From an uncultured Fibrobacterota bacterium (lineage in GTDB: Bacteria > Fibrobacterota > Chitinivibrionia > Chitinivibrionales > FEN-1185): 64,000 nucleotides of DNA. Below are positions 26,567 through 35,788 of this stretch, one piece after another. Each line of letters opens with the position of its first letter. Within the stretch, counting starts at the first letter, position 1. Below the pieces are notes generated by a model. That model was given only the letters and a program-made list of their open reading frames with translations, had not been told where the DNA came from and did not search any database. The stretch lies in assembly GCA_963753345.1 (NCBI GenBank), contig CAVWBU010000021.1, forward strand, positions 64,001 to 128,000. Direction: 5' to 3'. A program made the translations under genes and the position numbers.

Positions 26567-28291
26567 TTATGCTTTCTGTTCTTTTTCGTACAGCGCCTTG
26601 GAAAAGAGGGCAGCCCCGATGGCGCCTGCCGACTGAGGATCCAATTCACGGCTCTTATTCGGCAGCGGGAGGCAATTGAAACCATTGAGCTTTTCTATCC
26701 TCTTTACAATCCCCACATTCTTGGATTGACCGCCGGTGATGACAAAATCCGGTTCGATACCTACCTTGTTCAGCAATTCATGCATTCTTTGAGACATGGC
26801 ATTACAATACGATGCCAGTACCATTTCCTTGGTCCATCCCTTTCGCAAAAGCGATACCGCCTCGGACTTGGCAAAGACGACGCAGGTCGAACTCACCGGA
26901 GGCGGATCTTTCTCGACCATCAAAGAGTGCGCACCAACTTCCTGGATAGGCACGGATAAAAGGTCTGCAATTACTTCCATTCCTCTTCCCGTACCTGCCG
27001 CGCATTTATCATTCATAAGAAACGAGGTTATCTTGCCCTTTTCGTCAATACGGATGGCTTTGATATCCTGGCCGCCCACATCCAATACGGTCTTCACCGA
27101 AGGTCCCCAGATATATGACGCACCCCTTCCATGGCAGGCGATTTCCGTGATCGCCTTTTTTGCCATGGGGACATTTACTCTTCCATACCCTGTTCCCACG
27201 ATATAGTGGATATCTTTTTCCGTAAGTCCGGTGCCCTCCAAAGCCCAGTTCAATACGTTCCTTGCACTGTCGGGGCTGTTTGAACCTGTCCGCATTACGC
27301 TCCAGGTATAGAGCTCTCCATCGAGCATGACCGCGGCCTTGGAACCCACCGAACCAACATCAATCCCTGCGGTGATCACCTTGGCCTTTTTGGGATCCAT
27401 TCCCTCTACGGTTTTTCTGTATTCCGGCCATCTCCAATATTCTTTTTTTACCCCTTTTCCATTGTCACCATCACCAAGCTCTACCTTGGGCAACGAAATA
27501 ACACGGTCTTCAATATGCTCCAAGGACGAGGAAAGCGCTGCCCCCAATGCCGAAGCAAACTCCGGTTCTTCCGGAATGAACAGGTCTACCCCTAATTTTT
27601 TCTTAAGAGAACTGACCAGGCCAACGTCTTTGGCTACTCCTCCCATGAGTACAACATCAGGATTTATGCCTAACCTTCTGACCATGGAAGAGATTCTATC
27701 GGACATGGCGTCGTAGACAGCCCTCGCAATATCTTCTTTTGCAGTTTTTTGATGAATCAAGGTTACAACCTCAGATTCACCGAAGATAACACACTGGGCA
27801 TTCATGGGGATCGCCTTGTCCGACTTGAGCGAGAGTGCACCCATTTCTTCCAGCTTAAGCTCAAGCGCCCTGGTCATGGCCTCGATGAATGCACCTGCGC
27901 CCGCCGCGCAGCGGTCATTTGCCACGAAATCCGCTATATTCCCTTTCTCATCGCACTTGACCGCTCTCGCATCCTCTGCGCCCACATCGATCACAGTTCT
28001 CGCCTTTGGGAATAAATAGGTGCCTGCCTTGGCCATGGCGCGCACCATGCTCACCTTTCCCGTGGCATGCGAGGTCATTTCGGCGTTGACGCCGGTGGCA
28101 ATGATTTGTTTTATATCGGATTCCGCCAGGCCGCCCTGCGCTATGGCCTTGCGTATCGCATCACTGGCGGAGACCGACGGATCGAACCCGGTGGGTACCA
28201 CGCTCTTGGCAACGATTTTTCCATCATTGACAATCACTACCTTTACGTTTCTTGCACCTACATCGATTCCCGTGCTGATCATTGTAATCAA
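26567..28291 (-). CDS. Tandem-fused ASKHA ATP-dependent activase (BadF/BadG/BcrA/BcrD family; BzdP-like + BzdQ-like)
   Basis: Two modules: GIDVGA/DVGAED/NDRCAAG/CVIFGESE and GIDVGS/GTGYGR/DVGGQD/NDKCAAG/CVVFAKSE; EYWRWPE at start of module 2. Confidence 0.9.
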   Translation of the reverse strand: MITMISTGIDVGARNVKVVIVNDGKIVAKSVVPTGFDPSVSASDAIRKAIAQGGLAESDIKQIIATGVNAEMTSHATGKVSMVRAMAKAGTYLFPKARTVIDVGAEDARAVKCDEKGNIADFVANDRCAAGAGAFIEAMTRALELKLEEMGALSLKSDKAIPMNAQCVIFGESEVVTLIHQKTAKEDIARAVYDAMSDRISSMVRRLGINPDVVLMGGVAKDVGLVSSLKKKLGVDLFIPEEPEFASALGAALSSSLEHIEDRVISLPKVELGDGDNGKGVKKEYWRWPEYRKTVEGMDPKKAKVITAGIDVGSVGSKAAVMLDGELYTWSVMRTGSNSPDSARNVLNWALEGTGLTEKDIHYIVGTGYGRVNVPMAKKAITEIACHGRGASYIWGPSVKTVLDVGGQDIKAIRIDEKGKITSFLMNDKCAAGTGRGMEVIADLLSVPIQEVGAHSLMVEKDPPPVSSTCVVFAKSEAVSLLRKGWTKEMVLASYCNAMSQRMHELLNKVGIEPDFVITGGQSKNVGIVKRIEKLNGFNCLPLPNKSRELDPQSAGAIGAALFSKALYEKEQKA

Positions 28292-28303
28292 TGCTCCTTT
28301 GGA

Positions 28304-29641
28304 TTAATAGAGGTCATCGGTTGAAGTTTTTGTCGCCAGCATCTCAAGAAAGGCCTCGATTCGGGTCTTCATCTGACCGCTGTCTTCGCGGCTGTATTCC
28401 GTATCGAGGTAGTATATCGGAATGTGCTCTTTTTCGAACAGACGCTTGAGGCGCAGATATTCCATGGCATACAGATGACAACCGCGTATGACATGATAGA
28501 TCACGCCGCTGATCTTGTAGTCCTTTACCAGGGTTTGCAGCTTGTCGATCCTGTCCTGGTTCCCGTCTTCCGAGGTGAAACAGGGGCAGGTGCACGGCAG
28601 AATATATCGTTCCGCAATTGCCTTCAGCATATCACCGGCTGACCCTTCATCAACCCCTACGGGATCGTAGAATATCCGGTCGCCGGAGCAGAATTCATCC
28701 GCAACAATCAAACCCTGCGGTTTTGATTCTTCAATCAGATTGGGAATTTTCCAGCAATCCGGCCAAATCATCGGAGAACCGGTGAGGAGAATCCTTGGTG
28801 TGTCCAGCGGAGCAACGTATGCCTTTTCGGCAGCTTTCTTTTCGAGTTCGTCACAAAGCTGGTTGGTCTTTTCCGTCCATCTCGCAAGATCGTCAAAATA
28901 GCTCATCTGGTCCACCAGCATCGCATCCCTTCCGGAAATGAGAGGAGCGCCTTTCCGTAAATCCAGTAATCGGCGAGATGCCGCTGTTGCCGCCAGGGTC
29001 GTTTTTATTGCAGTACGCATTGCTTTTCTGGTTATCGATTTGCCCGTGAGCTTTTCTATCTTTTCCTTTACCTCTTTTACCTGGTCCAGCCAATAGCGTT
29101 TCGCCTGCGGAGTATCCTTTACTCTGGGCACATTCATCTCCCATACGGGAAACGCATCGGTCAAAATCTCGCACACCTTTGTCTTTCCGTCGCACGTATT
29201 CGGGGAGATGATGACGTCACACATTTCAAGATAGGGATACAGATCCGCCATTGCCAGACCGATCATGGATCTGACGACGGGGCAGACCTCCACCGGAACG
29301 ATTCTATCGCCTATCTTGCTCGGCGTGTAGAATCCCGAATCAATGCGAACAGGAATGGCGCCTGCGGCCAGGATAAGTTCAACGGGCGCCAACATGCAGG
29401 CAAAGCCGATCACCTTGCCTCCCTGCGCTTTAAAATCACGGATTTCTTTTTCCCTTTGGCCGAAAAAATCCGCCGCCTGGTCGAAATATTCCATGGCTTT
29501 GGGCCGGTTCGGGACAAGTCTCATCTTCTCAATATTTTCAGCGACGGTCTTCTGAACACCGGCCTTGAATGCCTTTTGCAGCTCGTCCTTCTCTTCTGGG
29601 GCAAGCGTAGGAAGATATTTTGGATCGTTGTTGGTTTTCAC
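28304..29641 (-). CDS. 2-hydroxyacyl-CoA-dehydratase-family protein, double-cubane-cluster (DCCP)-like
   Basis: PNRPKAMEYFD, FACM, EVCP, TCDGK, YFDD, LCDELE, PRILLTG, EFCSG, CTCPCFT, GCH, GQMKTRIEAFLEM; Cys sets in both halves. Confidence 0.8.
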   Translation of the reverse strand: MKTNNDPKYLPTLAPEEKDELQKAFKAGVQKTVAENIEKMRLVPNRPKAMEYFDQAADFFGQREKEIRDFKAQGGKVIGFACMLAPVELILAAGAIPVRIDSGFYTPSKIGDRIVPVEVCPVVRSMIGLAMADLYPYLEMCDVIISPNTCDGKTKVCEILTDAFPVWEMNVPRVKDTPQAKRYWLDQVKEVKEKIEKLTGKSITRKAMRTAIKTTLAATAASRRLLDLRKGAPLISGRDAMLVDQMSYFDDLARWTEKTNQLCDELEKKAAEKAYVAPLDTPRILLTGSPMIWPDCWKIPNLIEESKPQGLIVADEFCSGDRIFYDPVGVDEGSAGDMLKAIAERYILPCTCPCFTSEDGNQDRIDKLQTLVKDYKISGVIYHVIRGCHLYAMEYLRLKRLFEKEHIPIYYLDTEYSREDSGQMKTRIEAFLEMLATKTSTDDLY

Positions 29642-30640
29642 CGAGACTTCTCCTTTTGCAATTTAGGTACTTTCACCGCACTTGACTGTAAAAATCTCTT
29701 GTATTTTGACCGAGCGATCGGAAACTTAAAGAGACCGACTTTCAATGCGTCTTTCTCCGGGCACATTTCAACACAGCGGAAACATAAGGTACAATCAGAG
29801 GAGGCTATCTTCTCTTTCTCTTTTTCTTCGTACACCTCCGTGACCTGTACGGGGCAGCTCCTTTGGCAAACACCGCACTTGGTACAGCGTTTCCCTTCCT
29901 TGCGCAGTGAAAGAAAAGAAAACCTGTTGAATAATCCGAGGACAGCCCCCATGGGACAAAGCCTGCACCACATCCTTCGTATAAAAGAGGTGGTGAGCAG
30001 ATAAAAAATAAAAACGCCAATTGCCAGGTAGGACATCACGGTGGACAAGGAACTGATGGTATCCACCGTCAACATTTCCTTGAATCTTCCTTCAACAAAA
30101 GGGGAAGATTTGCTTGCTCGGGCAGATTTGACAAAAAGGGGTAATGAGGTCGGCTTGATAGGCCTTTAAGAAAAAATGCGGAATACCAATGCCCACAGCG
30201 ATACAAACGAGGGCAATTACAAAGAACCATTTAACAAATACTGATGACAGTTTCAAATTATCCGATAAGTTGTAATAGCCTATTCTCAGATATTTTCGAA
30301 TGCGGATGAACAAATCCTGTACGAATCCCAACGGGCAGACCCAGGAGCACCATGCGCGCCCAAAGATCAAGCCGAGAATTATCAAGAGTAGTAAAGGGGC
30401 GAGCAAATCGATATAATGGGTCTTCCACCCTGCGGCAAACCCCTCCTGCAGGGAACGTAAAAAGCATTGGGCTATCCGGTGATTTGTATAGTAACAGCTC
30501 AACGTGGGAATTACCAGGGTGATGCTTTTCCACGCGATCTCTCTTACCCCCAAATAGCCAAGGTAAACAATAAGGAAGAAAAAGATTACCTGAGCAGCAA
30601 ATTTCAACCTTGTTATTTTAAGCATATCAGTTACCGCCAT
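29638..30640 (-). pseudogene. Membrane-bound 4Fe-4S protein (NapH/MauN/YccM-like) split by a +1 frameshift (real or assembly error)
   Basis: GRAWCSWVCPLG and FCQICP in the first ORF; RMWCRLCPMG, CTKCGVCQRSCP and CTLCFRCVEMCP in the second. Removing one base of CCCCTTTT (~30097-30104) gives IFPFVEGRFKEMLT. Confidence 0.85.
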
Positions 30641-31553
30641 TCAGGAAGAAATCATCTATCATTGTTGCATCCTTATCCACCCGCGGGGTGGGGAAGCCGA
30701 GAATCTTGCCCACCGTCGGGCAGACATTAATCTGTCGCCATTTGTTTTCCGTCGAATAATTTTTCTTGATATCGGGACCTAACGCCACTATAACCAGATA
30801 CCTTTTACATTCGTCATCACAATCCTGCTGCAAAAGAATATCGCCATGGTCATTGAGAAAGAAAAAATCCGTTTTATCCTTGTAGACCGGATCCGCCTGG
30901 ACCGCCATCCAGATTCTGTATATGTGATCATCCATCTCCTTGAGCTGCCTCCGATAGCGGACCATATCTTCCGGCACCTGCTTCTTGTTAAAGCTGTGTG
31001 CGCCGCCCAGAATGACAAAGACAAGCTGGGGATGGTTCGCTTTCATATATGCGGTGAGTTTGGTATAGAGTTCTTCATCATTGTTTTTTTCTTTTGTGAA
31101 TTCGGCGGTGGCGCCAAAATTTTCACCATACTCTTCACTGTTGCTGTACGTCAGGAAATTAAGCTCTTGCTTGCTGGTGATGAAATAGCATGATTTCTTG
31201 TCCTTCCCCAGGCCTTTACGAAAGTACTCAAATATAGTAGGTTGATCCGGAATGTCATCCTGGTTTGAACGCCGGAGATCTTTCCAGGAACCGGTGATTA
31301 TGGCCAGATGAACCAGGGCCATGTAGGAAGGATTCCCATAGAAGGTGACACAGCGACTGGCGTTCGGAACCATGTCGTTCCAGAGATGAGGCACATATTG
31401 GTGGGTCTTGTCGCCAAAGGATTCATCATGCCGGAATTGGTCGCCGACTACAATAAAAACATTCTTCGCTTTAAACTCGCCATATGCATAATTTCCATTT
31501 ATAAGAAGAAAAGGCAATAGTAAAAGTAAAAAGCGTTTGATCGTCACCCTCAT
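30627..31553 (-). CDS. Exported alkaline-phosphatase/sulfatase-superfamily protein (paralog 1)
   Basis: Signal peptide; KNVFIVVGDQFRHDE, PTIFEY, YKDKT...LNDHG, ALGPDIK, INVCPTV. Confidence 0.65.
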   Translation of the reverse strand: MRVTIKRFLLLLLPFLLINGNYAYGEFKAKNVFIVVGDQFRHDESFGDKTHQYVPHLWNDMVPNASRCVTFYGNPSYMALVHLAIITGSWKDLRRSNQDDIPDQPTIFEYFRKGLGKDKKSCYFITSKQELNFLTYSNSEEYGENFGATAEFTKEKNNDEELYTKLTAYMKANHPQLVFVILGGAHSFNKKQVPEDMVRYRRQLKEMDDHIYRIWMAVQADPVYKDKTDFFFLNDHGDILLQQDCDDECKRYLVIVALGPDIKKNYSTENKWRQINVCPTVGKILGFPTPRVDKDATMIDDFFLNGGN

Positions 31554-32410
31554 TTCTTTCCCTTCTGCTGTTGATTGGTTTTTACTGCCAGCGGGATGAA
31601 TGCCGGTCTATGATATTTTTCTATGCCGAACTCGCCGATGTATTTCTGAACGTCGGGAGAAGTCAAAAAGCCGATGAACTGCATCGCCGTCACATAATTC
31701 GCTTTTGGGAATCTCTCAGGATTTATCGCCATGACGTCGTAATTCGTGAACAGTTTCGTGGTATCCTCCACCATGACCGCCAGATCGATCGTCTCCAGCA
31801 TCTCTTTGTAAGAAGCCCATTGGGAAATAGTGTAGGCCTTTTTCCTCGCAGCAATGTTCAATGTCTCCGAGGTCCCTACCTTGGTCTTGATATACCAGTC
31901 ACCCTCGGGGTTTATTTTGGCCATCTTCCACATCCTCATTTCCAAACCGTGGGTGCCGGATGAATCCGCCCGTGAACAAAAGTTTGATTTTGTTGCAGCG
32001 ATCCGTTGTAGAGCTTTCAGTATATCCTTCATGCCTTTAATCTTTGCCGGATCATCCGCCGGTCCTACAAGGACAAAGTCGGAATAACAAACCGGGCGGA
32101 GATTTACCGCAAATCCATCTTTTATAAATTGTGCTTCCTCGTCAGGCTCATGCCCCATCATGACATCAATATCCTCGATACCTTCATGGTCTTTTATAAA
32201 ATGAATGGCATCCCCTGTGCACAGGGAGATTACCTTGACGGGTATCTTGTATTGCGTTTCAAACAGCTTGGCCAATCCATTGGCCAAACCGGGAGAAACG
32301 CAGGTCACGGGGAAAATGGCCTTAAGCTCCCGTGGAGCATTCTCCTGTGCCTGTACGCTCTGCGGCCATACGAGGAATAAACAAAAAAGAATCGAGAACA
32401 TTATTTTCAC
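31550..32410 (-). CDS. TupA-like periplasmic substrate-binding protein (variant)
   Basis: DFVLVGPADDPAKIKG, SRADSSGTH, W...WY, NYDVMAINPE; canonical TTTS motif is replaced. Confidence 0.8.
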   Translation of the reverse strand: MKIMFSILFCLFLVWPQSVQAQENAPRELKAIFPVTCVSPGLANGLAKLFETQYKIPVKVISLCTGDAIHFIKDHEGIEDIDVMMGHEPDEEAQFIKDGFAVNLRPVCYSDFVLVGPADDPAKIKGMKDILKALQRIAATKSNFCSRADSSGTHGLEMRMWKMAKINPEGDWYIKTKVGTSETLNIAARKKAYTISQWASYKEMLETIDLAVMVEDTTKLFTNYDVMAINPERFPKANYVTAMQFIGFLTSPDVQKYIGEFGIEKYHRPAFIPLAVKTNQQQKGKK

Positions 32411-32434
32411 AGCCGAACTTTCCTTCTTTAACTC

Positions 32435-34828
32435 TTAGAATCCGCAATGGACCTGGAGGAATAAATAGTATGAATTGATATTGTCTGTTATCTCGAATCC
32501 CCCGTACGGATTACTGTATGGATCAGGAGCCATCGGATCATTGTATGGATGATGAACCGTTCCCGAGGAATTGTAAAAAACGTAATTATATAAGGAGACG
32601 CCCGTCGTCAATATCACATTTAGGCCGGCATACCTGTCCTTAATCATTAATTGAAAGGTTCCATTATTATGATAATAGTTCTGTAGAGGATCAAAGAAGT
32701 CATTGAACAGTTCGAATTGATAGCCAATGGAAATCGAAGTTTTGGGGGTGAACTTCCAGTCGTATACCAAATAGGCGTTATTTGCCATGGTATTATGATG
32801 ATATTTATAGTCCATAAGTGAGTCCGATCTGGGGCCGTAATCGTCCCATTCATAGATGTTTTTATATTTGGGGGTTAAAAACATGTCTTTTAAAAATGGG
32901 AGAGCCCAGATATATTCGCATTTGTTTACGAGGACCAACGAAGAAATGTTTTCTTCGGTGTAGTTGAACTCGAGGTGAGGAAGATGTTTGGTAAATTCCC
33001 ATTTACCTCTCGTGGTGAAATTGAAGCCGCGGTTCCTGTAAATGTCATACTGCGCAACCAACATTTCGACCAGCGCATCGCGGTAATCCAACGGATCCAC
33101 GTGGGTAGTGTAATTCACAGCATCCGTATGCAGGTTGAGATTATAGCCCACGGTGGAGGTCAGCCAATGGTTGGGGATGTTGTCCTGCACGTAGCGGAGA
33201 TAATTTTTAAGGGTGAGCTTTTTGTCATCCGCGAAATTATGCTGGTACCCAATCAAGGAGTACAGGTCGATGTCCTTTTCGGGGGCATATATATAACCGA
33301 CCGGTTGCCCATTCTGATACGTCATTTGAAAGGAATTCATCTCACTTCTCTCGGCTATCCCGCCCAGGGCAAGATTAAGTTTTGGAAGGAAATCATATTC
33401 GCCATACAGATGTAAACCATCGAGCCCCTTGCTCACCTGACGTTCCATGTTAAAACTGATATCGGCAGAATCCTGCACAACATCATCAATCCATTTGCCG
33501 GACCTGTCATCCTGCCGCAGGTATCGTTCGCCGGAAAGATAGTAACCGGGCACGTGAGGATAATCCGGATACGCGTCGTCTTCTACTTCATCCGGAACTC
33601 CATTGTTGTTTCGGTCGAAATACACGTCCGACTTGGGAGGATCACAATCGTAGCTCAAAAAATCTTCTTCCCAATCATATATGCCATTTTTGTTCTTATC
33701 ATATTTTATTGGGATCACCCCGTCCCAATCACCTCCCCCGTACGGAAGGAAATTTACCTTGCCTTCTTGGCCGTTTTCCGGAAATTGGTCCTTATCGTCG
33801 TTGTCTTCAACAAGTTGATACAGGTATTTTTGGCTTGACAGGTCTCCTTGGGGAAAAGCGGGGTCGTAAAACGTCGTCTTATAATTGTGATTGACAATAT
33901 ACCCTTCGCCGCCCAATTTCAATTTGTCGAAAATGTTGCCCACGGCACTAAGGTCAACTATATTTCCCGGCTTCGGTCTGAAATTACCGTCAATCACCTC
34001 CTGGCTTTGGGCCCATTCGACGTTCGCCTTCAGCCTTGGAAGGTTACAATCGGCGTTAAGCCCGTAGATTTGCAGCGCGGTCGGGGTATTTGGAAAGAGA
34101 GAGTCGTACGTGCCGTCCAGAGAGCCGGACAGGCCGTTCACTTGATTGCGCTCATCTATCAAGGTACCCCCGATATCAAAAAGGCCCTTGATATTCTTAT
34201 TCGCGTGAATTCCATGGAGCCAGTCTGCGCCGGGCATTATTTCGTAATCCTCCATGTACATTCCGTAAATTCCCGTATTTGAGATTCGTGAATTGATGAT
34301 TGACAGCGAGTTCATCCCGTAGAGCAAATCAAAGAATATGTCGATGCGCGCGCCGCAAAACAAGCTCTGATTAAACGTATAGGGCGTAAATTTGGTTGCC
34401 ACCCTGTCGCCAACCAGGGCCATGATCCCGCGGTTATCGGCCATGTCGCCGACCTGCACCATGCCATTCAACCACTTTTTCAGAATGGGAGAGAGAGCGA
34501 TGTCGGATTGCTCGCGATTCGAATTTCCGTTCATCGACATATCAAAAAGATTGAATCCTTCGACGAGATGATTGCCGAAAATGTCATAGTAGTTCCATTC
34601 GGGGACTTCGCCAACCCAGGTAGGGTTCAAATAGGAACCCTTCTGGGCGTAATTGGCATAGTATTCGGGAGGCATCTCCAAGGATAAATTGTTGAAGCCG
34701 TCGGGTATGTAGTTTAATGCCGGCGCCTCGGCCGCAAAAAAAAGGAGCGCCGTTGAAAACAGGCAAGCCCGATTGAGCGTCTTCATGGCGCGCAAGCTCC
34801 TTGACTGGTGCACATAGGCAATGCTCAT
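32435..34828 (-). CDS. Probable outer-membrane beta-barrel protein with Asp-rich Ca-binding-like insert
   Basis: Signal peptide, aromatic-rich amphipathic strands, C-terminal YLFLQVHCGF, DNDDKDQFP/DKNKNGIYD/DRNNNGVPD repeats; start may be MKTLN further downstream. Confidence 0.65.
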   Translation of the reverse strand: MSIAYVHQSRSLRAMKTLNRACLFSTALLFFAAEAPALNYIPDGFNNLSLEMPPEYYANYAQKGSYLNPTWVGEVPEWNYYDIFGNHLVEGFNLFDMSMNGNSNREQSDIALSPILKKWLNGMVQVGDMADNRGIMALVGDRVATKFTPYTFNQSLFCGARIDIFFDLLYGMNSLSIINSRISNTGIYGMYMEDYEIMPGADWLHGIHANKNIKGLFDIGGTLIDERNQVNGLSGSLDGTYDSLFPNTPTALQIYGLNADCNLPRLKANVEWAQSQEVIDGNFRPKPGNIVDLSAVGNIFDKLKLGGEGYIVNHNYKTTFYDPAFPQGDLSSQKYLYQLVEDNDDKDQFPENGQEGKVNFLPYGGGDWDGVIPIKYDKNKNGIYDWEEDFLSYDCDPPKSDVYFDRNNNGVPDEVEDDAYPDYPHVPGYYLSGERYLRQDDRSGKWIDDVVQDSADISFNMERQVSKGLDGLHLYGEYDFLPKLNLALGGIAERSEMNSFQMTYQNGQPVGYIYAPEKDIDLYSLIGYQHNFADDKKLTLKNYLRYVQDNIPNHWLTSTVGYNLNLHTDAVNYTTHVDPLDYRDALVEMLVAQYDIYRNRGFNFTTRGKWEFTKHLPHLEFNYTEENISSLVLVNKCEYIWALPFLKDMFLTPKYKNIYEWDDYGPRSDSLMDYKYHHNTMANNAYLVYDWKFTPKTSISIGYQFELFNDFFDPLQNYYHNNGTFQLMIKDRYAGLNVILTTGVSLYNYVFYNSSGTVHHPYNDPMAPDPYSNPYGGFEITDNINSYYLFLQVHCGF

Positions 34829-35412
34829 TATTGCCCTCCTGCAGCGTGGGGATCGGCCAGTTGTATGGTGTCAATCGGGTATTGGAGGAGCGTATCCAAT
34901 TTGTGCAGGGAGGTATCAGGATCAGGCGTGAGTTGAATCATCGTCACAAAGAGCCGGGTGCTTGCGGCGAGTATCACCCCGGATGCTTGAGAAACGGCTA
35001 TTGGCACAGTGTCAAGGAATCCGCCGACGCTGTCGAAGGCAAGGTGCACGATACCCGGTACGCTGCCGGTATGTGTCTCGACCGCCAAATCAAGGTAGTT
35101 TTGCGTGATATCCACAGGGGACCCTGGGTTAGTGGTGATGGTTCCATAGAGGGTTCGTCCCGTGAATGTTGAATCATGCCCGTTAAAAATGATGCTCGCG
35201 CGTGTGCCTCCTCCAGAGGGGAAGTCGTATACCCATTCTACCGTATCGGCGTAGAGATGAAAGGTATACGGAGAGAAATTGTATTGTGTGTCGATAGGGG
35301 CGACTACTGTTTCCATCCTCCCATTGAGGACATCAAGGGATACACTGGTACTGCACTGCATTATCAACACAACGATGCTTACCAGCAACGTCACCATGGT
35401 TACTTGCCGCAT
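34828..35412 (-). CDS. Hypothetical lipoprotein
   Basis: MRQ-hydrophobic-IMQC lipobox-like; stop overlaps the barrel gene start. Confidence 0.6.
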   Translation of the reverse strand: MRQVTMVTLLVSIVVLIMQCSTSVSLDVLNGRMETVVAPIDTQYNFSPYTFHLYADTVEWVYDFPSGGGTRASIIFNGHDSTFTGRTLYGTITTNPGSPVDITQNYLDLAVETHTGSVPGIVHLAFDSVGGFLDTVPIAVSQASGVILAASTRLFVTMIQLTPDPDTSLHKLDTLLQYPIDTIQLADPHAAGGQ

Positions 35413-35435
35413 AGCGCCTCCACTGGCCGATAAGA

Positions 35436-35490
35436 ATTGAATAGCACAGCCCGCTCAAACCCCGCGCCATTTGGAGCGGGGTTCTCCAAT
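35436..35490 (+). mobile_element. Internally deleted MITE (55 bp, copy 5)
   Basis: ATTGAATAGCACAGCCCGC...GCGGGGTTCTCCAAT matches both ends of copy 4 in inverted orientation. Confidence 0.7.
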
Positions 35491-35788
35491 GTTCCGAGGT
35501 GTTTGTTTATCCGCTTTAATAAGAGCGTCCCATGGCCGCTTTCCGACCTTCGCGCCGCCTAAGACCAACCAAAATACTTCATTAAGATTGAGAGAGGCAA
35601 GCAGAGAAATTCTCATCCGTTGAATGGAAAAAATTATGTTGAACCGTCAGGAATTATCAGCAGATTTCAGGGTTGCGGCATGAAGATCGGGCACGGATAC
35701 CAATCTCATTGGATCGTGTTGGCCCAAGTTATTTTAGGGAACAGAGAGCCTGTCGGTTTCACGCACAATTCTCCCACAAGGAACTATC

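Noticed and set aside
25173-29641. Calling the cluster a benzoyl-CoA reductase or 2-hydroxyacyl-CoA dehydratase
   Set aside because: Only one catalytic-family subunit, which looks DCCP-like, and no CoA ligase/transferase or ring-cleavage genes
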